A stretch of 64,000 nt of DNA from the human T2T-CHM13v2.0 reference genome, Homo sapiens, in assembly GCF_009914755.1 (NCBI RefSeq), contig NC_060927.1. One strand, given 5' to 3'. Both the position numbers and the translations under genes were made by a program. This document shows positions 52,781-64,000 of the stretch, in pieces. Each line of letters opens with the position of its first letter. Within the stretch, counting starts at the first letter, position 1. The notes below the pieces were generated by a model. The model was not told the DNA's origin and did no database searches. It was given only the letters and a program-made list of their open reading frames with translations.

Positions 52781-53371
52781 GATTATTTAATATCTCACTA
52801 CCCTGAGGAAATCAGTTACCCTTTGGCTATCAGATATCGGAGGAAATAAGGTTGTAGAGGAAAAAATCGTTAAGGTATTTTAAACAGACATTTGTTTCAT
52901 TATTTGGAACTCAATAATAGAGACTTTAAGTACAAATTGTGAGTCTAGGAGAATTTTTGATTTCCACAGATGAGAAATAAAATAAGAATATAGACATTGT
53001 TGGACTTTGAAAGCTTACCCAATGTTTAATAGTTTGCTGAACAATTGCCAAATGAAATGAAATGCTTTCAAAGTTTCTGAAAGGCACAATTCTCTTCTTC
53101 CTGAGCTCAGAACATTTTGGTCATAATCATGAGCTTAGAAATGTTCTGAAGGGAGTACAGGACCTTCATTAGCAATAAAATAATATATATTTCCAATGAC
53201 ACTGAAAGTTCCCTATCCTAGCTACATATACAACTAAGGAAAACAGAGAGGGACAAAATACGAATAGAATGCAGTATTCCAAAACACAATCCTGAATGAA
53301 ATGCACACAGTCGTATGATATCTCAAAGATTCCCATATAGTTAGAAATAATATCTTTCTACGTCTAGATAC

Positions 53372-53713
<342 letters not shown>

Positions 53714-54233
53714 TGAATAAAATAAAATATAAACTCCACATTTCAAGGATGAGCAGAGGAACCAGAGGTTTATCTAATTAATGCTAGAGACAAGTCATTT
53801 CAAAGATGAGGAGTAATGGTATTTTTTAATAACAGCTTTATTGAGGTGTGGTTAACATAAATTACATATAAAGTATACAATGTAAATGTTCCCACAACAA
53901 AAAAATAGTATGTGAGGATATGTTAATTAGCTTGATATACTCATTCCACAATGTAAACATATATCAAAACATTACATTGTATCCTGTAAATATGTACAAT
54001 TATTATTTATCAATTAAAAATAAAACCTACAGTGTACACTGATAAGTCTTCATGTATGTTTATACCAAGATAATGAACCTTCCATCACAACCAAAACGTT
54101 CCTTCTGCCTCTTTGCATTCCCTCTCTCCTGCGTCTCCCTGTCTCCCTCTCCTCCCCATGCCCCACCTTCAGGCAGCCGCTGACTACTTTCTCGAATTAT
54201 AGATTATTTTCTAGTTTTCTATAAATGGAATCA

Positions 54234-54580
<347 letters not shown>

Positions 54581-55241
54581 AAAGCCAAATGTGAAAGAAA
54601 TACGAGCATTTTAGCTGTAATGTATAAATTGTACTGCAATATTTTTTTACATTTTTTAACTAGTTTTTTTTTTCTTTTAGTGTCAAAGAGTATTACATAC
54701 ACTTTGGATATGTAAAATATCCAAATATTTTACCATGCTAAAATATTTGGATACCTCCAAAAGACATTCAGTGAAAAGGAAGTTTCTCTTCCACCTCAGA
54801 CCCTCAGACTGCTAGTCCCTGAGACCTCTTTTCAAAAGACAATTAGAATTCTGTGTCTTGTATATCCTTCTAGAAATAGTCTGTACATTTACAAGCATCT
54901 AGACTCATCAACAAAATAAAACATGCTGTCTTCTGTTCTGCACTTAGATTTCTTTTCCATATAACAGTAGATTTTGAGATTGTTCCATAAGAGTCCATAG
55001 AGAATGCCTCACTTTTTCATGGCTGCATAATAACTTATTATATGGATTTCTTTATTCAGCCCTCTATCAGTGGACATTTAGATTATCCCTTACCACATCA
55101 CTTTGCTTTTTGGATAACGCAAGCAATGCTGCAGTGAACATCCTTGTTACTGTGAACACTCATGTAAATATATATGTAGGCTAAATTCCTAAAAGTATAA
55201 TAACTAGGGCAATTAATGTCATTTTAAAATCTTGATAAATA

Positions 55242-55900
<659 letters not shown>

Positions 55901-56950
55901 GAAATCTTGGTAAATAGAATCTAATTGTCCTACAAAGAGGCTAAACACTTCCACAACCGATATATCATATGCTGTGAATAGATCTCACACCCTTACCAAC
56001 ACTGCACTATTGGACTTTTTGATCTTTGCCAATCTGATTGGTAAAATTGGTATCTAGTTTCATTGACATTTCTTTATTATTAATACAGTTGAGCATCTTT
56101 TCCTATGTTTGTGAACTGTTGATATTTTTTGCAGTTATCTCCCTATATAAAAAACACTTTTTTTTTTTTTGGCTAGAGGAGCTCACTACATTGCCTACTG
56201 TGTCACTATGTTGCTGGTCTAGAACTCTTGGGCTCAAATAACCCTTCTGCCTAAGTCTCCCAAGTAGTAAAACAATATTTTAAATCAGTTATTTCCATGC
56301 TGCCAGAAAATTTTGATCAAGCCTTTGAATATTGCCCCTAGCATAGTGCTGGTCAGGACCTCAGAGGATGAGGCAGAAACAAGCTAAACTGTCAGTGTAT
56401 CTTCTTTTTCTTTCAAGAAATCCCTGATTTCCCAGGGAATCTAGTCAGAAAGCTGTGTTACACTATTTATGATTATGTATATAACACTTTTTCTGGCTTG
56501 CAGAACTGATTTTGATAATGTTCTTTATTCAGGTTGAAGGTAATGAAAGGTTTTCTATCTGTTCTCATAAACTAGGAGACTTAATTATAATGGAAATAAA
56601 AATGGTGTCTTTGTGAGGAGCAAAGCCAAAGGAACACAGGTGGAAAATTAGCTATTTCAGCTATTACGAGAGTTTGTATCTTGTCTACTAATTAAACTAT
56701 TCCATATAAGGGAAATAAAGAAAAGAACTGGAATGAATAAAGTGGTAGAAGTAGCAATAATACTCCCTTCAAAGCTATGACGATTTATTTGGAAAATTTT
56801 ATTAAGTATTGTAAGCTGGAGCAGCTTAGCTATGAGTGAACTTGCACAATACAAAAAAGCAGAATAGCCCCTTTAGAAGCATTGTTTTCAGGAGACTTTG
56901 CAGTAGACTGATGATATGGAACACTGGAACACTGGCTTGTCTTACTTTAA

Positions 56951-57214
<264 letters not shown>

Positions 57215-58542
57215 TGAGCATGAGATCTTTGTCCGGTGACATAGTCTGATGGATAATGGTAAGGATGAGGACTGAGGTCCAGAAATGGGTCTGTGTCTCT
57301 ATTAGCATCACAGTGATTGAGCAAAAAGACAGAGGAGATGAAGTTGAGAGCTGGTAAGTAGTGTAAGATTGCTTGAGTGTCTATAGGGCTAGAGATGGAG
57401 GCTAGGGCGTGAGAGGCCTGAGAAACCTACAGGAATTAGAGGTGGGTCTTGAAGATCTTACAGAGCATGGGAGGAAGGGGTCCAAGAAAGCTTGGAGTTA
57501 GGGAACACCTTCATTCCAAAAGTTTGTTGAGCTCCTACTATGTATATATTCAGCCATAGTGCTGGGTATCAGCTGTCCCATCTGTCACCATATTCCGGGG
57601 GCCCAGGGTGGCTAAAAGTGAACCTGAAGGTGCCAGATAACTCCACACGGTGTGTGTACAAGCCGTGCATTGAAGGGATAGGCTGGAGATAGCCTAGAGG
57701 GCTATGCAAGGGGGTGATCTTTTAGACTCATCATGGAAGATTGGAGTAGCTAGGATACACCTGTGGGCTTGGGGAATTGGGGGCAAGGAATGTCTTGTCA
57801 GTGCTCAGGTTCATGTAAATGTTGTATCGGCAGGGATGGGCCTTGGTTCCCTAGAGACAAGGAAAGCATTTGGGGGTGAAGGCAGGAAGGCTAGAAGAGA
57901 GTGGATGGAAGATTCTATGGGGTAAGAGTGAATTGAGGAAAACCCCATGAAATTTGGGAAAAGGAACACTATTTCTGATTTGGTTTGTCTAAAGCAGAGG
58001 GACCTTTTATCCCCACTTTTTCTTTATCATAGTTTACTTTCTCCCTAGACTTGTTTTATTTCCTGTGTTGCAAGTGGGCAGAGGCCACATTTGTGTTGCA
58101 TTTCCCATGGTCTAGCCTCATTTCTCGAAAGTGTTTGGTTCCATTGTTTGTCATGAAACTCACTCAGAAGAACAGATAGAGGCTCCCATGTAAGTCAGTA
58201 GGGACTTCGTGTTTGTTATCTATCTGTTGTTTCTATGGATAATAAAGTATGACCGTCGGTATACTAACTTTCCGTTCATCTTTACTTCCCTTCTGTTTTT
58301 TAAATCAGTGACTTCTAGTTTCCAAGGGAGAGTTTTACTCTGTCAACTTTATAGTTAATTGTGCAGCTTCTATTGAATAGCTGTTATGTTTAAGGTGCTT
58401 GATGAATCACATTTTTTACATATTTGAGAGACAGCAAACAGCATATTGCACATGTATTTCCAGTGGAAGAAATAGTAGAGTTAGAGGTTTATCAGTGGCC
58501 AGATTTTTAACAGAAGTAACCATAAAAAGGGAACAAATGGAG

Positions 58543-58619
58543 GCCAGGTGTAGTGGCTCACACCTGTAATCCCAGCACTTTGGGAGGCCGAGGCAGGTGG
58601 ATCAAAAAAAAAAAAAAAA
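58543..58619 (+). mobile_element. Alu reduced to its first ~60 nt plus poly-A
   Basis: Flanked by TSD-like GGGAACA(A/T)ATGG. Confidence 0.85.
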
Positions 58620-58640
58620 GGGGGGAACATATGGCTTTAA

Positions 58641-58945
<305 letters not shown>

Positions 58946-59089
58946 CAAACTTCTTTCAAAAGATATGTGATAACACCCCTTCTCATTTTGCTCATCCATA
59001 CTTCTGACCCCGATCAGTGAATAACCAAGAATTTATTGACCAATCAATGTGAGCCCAACAGTGCCATAGTATGAGATAACACTAGCCAA

Positions 59090-59335
59090 TATTTATCAAG
59101 TATGTACAATGTGCCAGCTACTGTTCTAAGAATTTTACGTGTATCAACTCATTTAATATTCAAAATAAACCTTTTAGTTAGATCATATTATTGATATTAT
59201 TGTTTCCCCCATTACAGTGATAAGGAAGCTGAGGCATAGAACCATTAAGTAACTTGCCTAGAGCTGTAAAGAGGTGGAGTCAGAATCCAAACCCATGTGA
59301 TCCACATCAGGAGCCCACACTCTTAACCATTGCAT
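59090..59335 (-). mobile_element. MIR
   Basis: CCCCATTACAG..AAGGAAGCTGAGGCATAGA..AAGTAACTTGCC core. Confidence 0.8.
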
Positions 59336-59735
59336 GTATTTCTTGGCTCTTACTCTCAAAAAAACCCATTGGGAAATAACCAAAAACTGGTAAGACAGTG
59401 TAAACTCTTAAATGTAATAGTTAAACAATGAGAGAGCTCTGTGATTATTCAGAATTGGGCATATTGTTTCCTTAAATTGGAAATCTTAACAGTATATATC
59501 CTCTAGAAAAACAGAATTTGGGGGAACTGAAAAAGCTGACCTTTAATGTGATTCTGAATTCTGGAATTCAGTGAGCCCATGACTTTTAATCCATAGTCAC
59601 TTTTGCCTTTTAATGTCTACAGGCTAGACTTTGGAAAATAGGGAAAATATATCTTTGACAATGTGACACTAAACCAAGGCTGTCCAGATCCTGTGGCATG
59701 ATTGCAGTTGCCTCTTTTCACTGTTCCAAGACTGA

Positions 59736-59888
<153 letters not shown>

Positions 59889-59967
59889 TAGGTCCTTTAA
59901 AGAGGTTTTATTTTTTCTCTTTCTGGGTTTTCTTGAAATAAGCCATAGAATATAACCAATTATTTAC

Positions 59968-60752
<785 letters not shown>

Positions 60753-61649
60753 TCAGTATTTTCAATTTTTCTATACTTAAGATTCTTTAAATAAGAGTGC
60801 ATTCTTTCATAGTAAGAAAAAATGAATGACCTCGTCATAGGGGGGATAGAAAATTATTTGGAAGAATATAAACATACTTGGCAATTGAGAGCTAAGTAGT
60901 TTAGGCAGGGCTGAGGGAGCATAAATGTCCCATAAGCATCTCAAGTACAAGCTTATTCCAGATCCTCTCTGATTCATGACTGAGACATGCCTTGGCCTGT
61001 TGACTCCATCCTGCTATCATTTCAGAATTTAGATTGTGTAGCTCATCCAAGCTGTAGGTATTTCTTACCTAGCTACATTTTACATCATGATTCAAACAAC
61101 TTTGGTGCTTAATTAGAGAACTTCCGGAAACACAGTCATTATAGGCCTTCTCTCAGGTATAAGGAAAGCAAACAATTCAACCTTGTTTCCATAAATACCT
61201 ATCACCTCTCCCAAGTGTGGCTGAAGATTCAAAGAGGATTAAGGTAATATTCCCTTCCTGAAGAAACGTACAGGGCTGCAGTCCTCAGTGGTGGGTAGAG
61301 CCCTTTGTTAAAAAACAAACTTCTCTAGTGGGTATAATTTGGAAATTTTAAAAAATAATAACTTAGTCTCATATTTTACAGAACTGGAACTAGAAATTGT
61401 CTTTGTCCAGCCCTTTATTTCAGGGATAAGGGAATGAAGGTACAGAAAGGTTTAGTGATCTGGTCAAGGTCAGAAGCAAATCTAGGCCTAAAGACCAGGT
61501 TTCCAAGTGCATTATCCAACCTACTTTACTGGTTAATATTCCTTGTGTTTTCCTGACATTGAGACTGTCATTTCTTGTTTATTTTTGGGTTTTGAACATA
61601 ATTTTGAGAGGGGGGGAAAAAGGTGTGGTTTTTTTGTTTCTTGGTTGTT

Positions 61650-61780
61650 TTTTAAAATTTTTTGTAGAGACAGGTCTTGCTATGTTTCCCAGCCTGATCT
61701 CAAACTCCTGGGCTCAAGTGATCCTCCCACCTTGGCCTCCAAAGTGCTGGGATTACAGGCATGAGCCACCACACTAAGCT
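61650..61780 (-). mobile_element. Alu left monomer / FLAM; a second fragment lies at about 62100-62185
   Basis: Left-arm sequence only. Confidence 0.8.
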
Positions 61781-63099
61781 GGAAAAAAGGTTTTAAACTT
61801 TTTTTTCCCTAAGTTATTCTTGGCCTTGGCCTTAATTTTCTAATCCTTTCCCCCCCTCCTCAGGTACTTGCAAATACCCTTTTCACATTCTTCTTTTTGT
61901 AGCTCTTTTCCCACCTGCCATGCAGCTGCTTTGTTTTCAAAATCTTTAAAAACATTTTTACTGATTATGAAACCTATATATGCTCATAAAATTTTACAAA
62001 TATGTATAACTCAGGCAACTTTCCCCCTAACTTATTGGTGTATCTAAGTAATCTTTCCATGTCTTTGTTTCATGTCAGTACATATGAAAGAGTCACTTTA
62101 TTTATTTGTTTGTTTGTTTATTTTTAAAAGGCAGGATCTCACTATGTTGCCCAGGCTGGACTCAAACTCCTGGGGTCAAGGTGTTATCCAGTTACTCCAC
62201 CGTGTAGTTATTAATACCATTTTCCCCCAGGTAAACTAGTAAGCAATTTTTAGGCAGATAGAATGTTTTAAAGTCTAATCTTATATGAATACTTTTTTCT
62301 TTTGATACCTTCCCATTTTATTCAATTGAATTTATTCATGGTTATAGAAATACAATTTTGTTTTTTAGAACCCTCTGTTTAGAATCTCTAATGATGTTCA
62401 TTTGTTACCTTGAAAATTTAATAATCTGCTTGTTTATCCATCTGCACTGATGTCTGCCTGCCACTGTTCATTCTATTTTTCTGATATTTTGGGAGTTTGT
62501 GCCCACTGATTTATATTTCACTCTGTAGAAGAATTCATTGTTCTTTACAGATCGAAGATTTCATTTGTTACTGTCAGAGAGGGTTTAAAAAAGAGGGCTG
62601 GGGTAGCACCAGGCTGTGGTGGCCACCGTTAGCACTTGCCTGGAGAAACAAGTCCTAACCTAGGTCTTTTGAGGGAGGATGGGTAGGTTAGGAGAATGAA
62701 AGAGAGAGAACAGTGATACACAGTTTGGGTTTGTGTATATGAAACACAGCTTCCCCAGGAGCCAAGGAAATAAAGAGAAGTAACTTTGAGTATAAATTGA
62801 TACATGTTTTGTTAGATAGTTTGACAATATGTATCAAAATTGGAAATGTATACTGTGTATCCTTTGACCTAGCTGTTTCATGTCTAGAATGTATCCTAAG
62901 GAATTAATCAGATGAATGTGCAAAGATTTGTGTACAAGGATGTTTACTACCATGTTGTTTCTTAGAGCAGAAAGTTGGAAACTACCTAAAAGTCCATCAA
63001 TAAAGGATGAAGTGAATCATAACATGACTATAAAATGGAATTTTTGCAGTGAGTCTTTGCCAGAGATTATAAAATGGAATATCGTGCATGAATGGAAAG

Positions 63100-63310
63100 G
63101 CAGTGTAGGTTTTAAAAACTCTGGGTTCAAATCCTGGCTCTTATTAGCTGCATGACTCTGTGCAAGTTGCTTAACCTCTAAAGGACCTCATTTGTAAAAT
63201 AGGGGTGATAAAACCTACCTCTTAAGATTGTGAGAATGATTTTTTATTTACAAAGCACTTAAAACAATGTCTGTAACATAGTGAAGTGCTATATAGATGT
63301 TGGCTGTTAT
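63100..63310 (+). mobile_element. MIR
   Basis: CTGGGTTCAAATCCTGGCTC...CTCATTTGTAAAATAGGG. Confidence 0.85.
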
Positions 63311-63376
63311 TATTATTTATATTTCCTATTAAGATTGTTACCTAACAGTATGTATGGTGTGACCTCTGTTACATAG

Positions 63377-63601
63377 AGCAAAGTTTCTCAGTACTAGTGT
63401 TGCTGACATTTGGGGCTGGATAATTCTTTGTCCTGGGAGCTGTCCTAACCACTGTAGGATTGTTCAGCAGCATTTCTGATCTTTACCCACTAAATGCCAG
63501 TAGCAGTCCCCTAGTAGTAACAATCAAAAATGTCTACAGACATGGCCAAATGTCCCCTGGGTGGGAGGGACGGGCAAAATTACCCCCAGTTGAAAGCTAC
63601 T
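63377..63601. mobile_element. MER20 (hAT-Charlie)
   Basis: TGACATTTGGGGCTGGATAATTCTTTGT...CCAAATGTCCCCTGGG...GGGCAAAAT. Confidence 0.88.
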
Positions 63602-64000
63602 AATATGAATAAATGATTGCAAGGAAATTCTCGGCTAAAATGTTACATTGTTACCTCTGGACAGGGAGATTCCAGACGACTTCTTACTTTTATCTTTATG
63701 CTTTTTCATGAGAACTTTGCATGAGGAGCATGAAACATTTTCCACTAAAAACAAAACAACAAAAATCCAGTGCTATAGTGTCTCTGCTTGGGCAGGAAGA
63801 AGTATGGGGAAAACAAGATAGTTCTGGCCTTAGACTGGAGAATCAGGTAAAGGTGATCCATCCAGAAAAGGCCAGAGGATGAGCCACGTTGGCTGAGGGT
63901 GGAGGTCTGAGGGCCTGGAAAATACTGAGCAGCGTTCTCAGCTGAGTGAAAATGAGCAGCATGACATTATATGTATCTGAAAAGGACCTGTGCCTAGAAA

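Overview
This is primate, almost certainly human, nuclear DNA, not a microbial locus. It contains the complete TMEM39A gene on the minus strand: 8 coding exons splice to a 1467-nt ORF (488 aa), preceded by a non-coding first exon at a CpG island near 43.0-43.5 kb. About 5.3 kb away, transcribed divergently on the plus strand, are the first five coding exons of POGLUT1 (ER protein O-glucosyltransferase, Rumi/KTELC1). From recalled human 3q13.33 gene order, the first ~0.5 kb is probably the 3' end of ARHGAP31. Most of the rest is interspersed repeat: about 30 Alus, an old ~5 kb L1, L2/MIR fossils, a full-length Tigger1 with three nested Alus, a Tigger3b, a MER82, MER5/MER20 elements and LTR fragments. 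Repeat subfamily names come from recalled consensus sequences and their boundaries are approximate. Nearly all ORFs in the supplied track are repeat-derived or chance ORFs. I found no new protein-coding system. The best leads are RNA-level and are hypotheses: (1) an Alu-orientation switch bracketing POGLUT1 exons 4-5, whose back-spliced 258-nt circle would be a stop-free ORF; (2) three uORFs in the TMEM39A leader and a possible upstream first exon from the POGLUT1 promoter that would bypass two of them; (3) several candidate poison exons and an atypical GC-AG last intron in TMEM39A; (4) CRE/UPRE-like motifs at both promoters of this ER gene pair.
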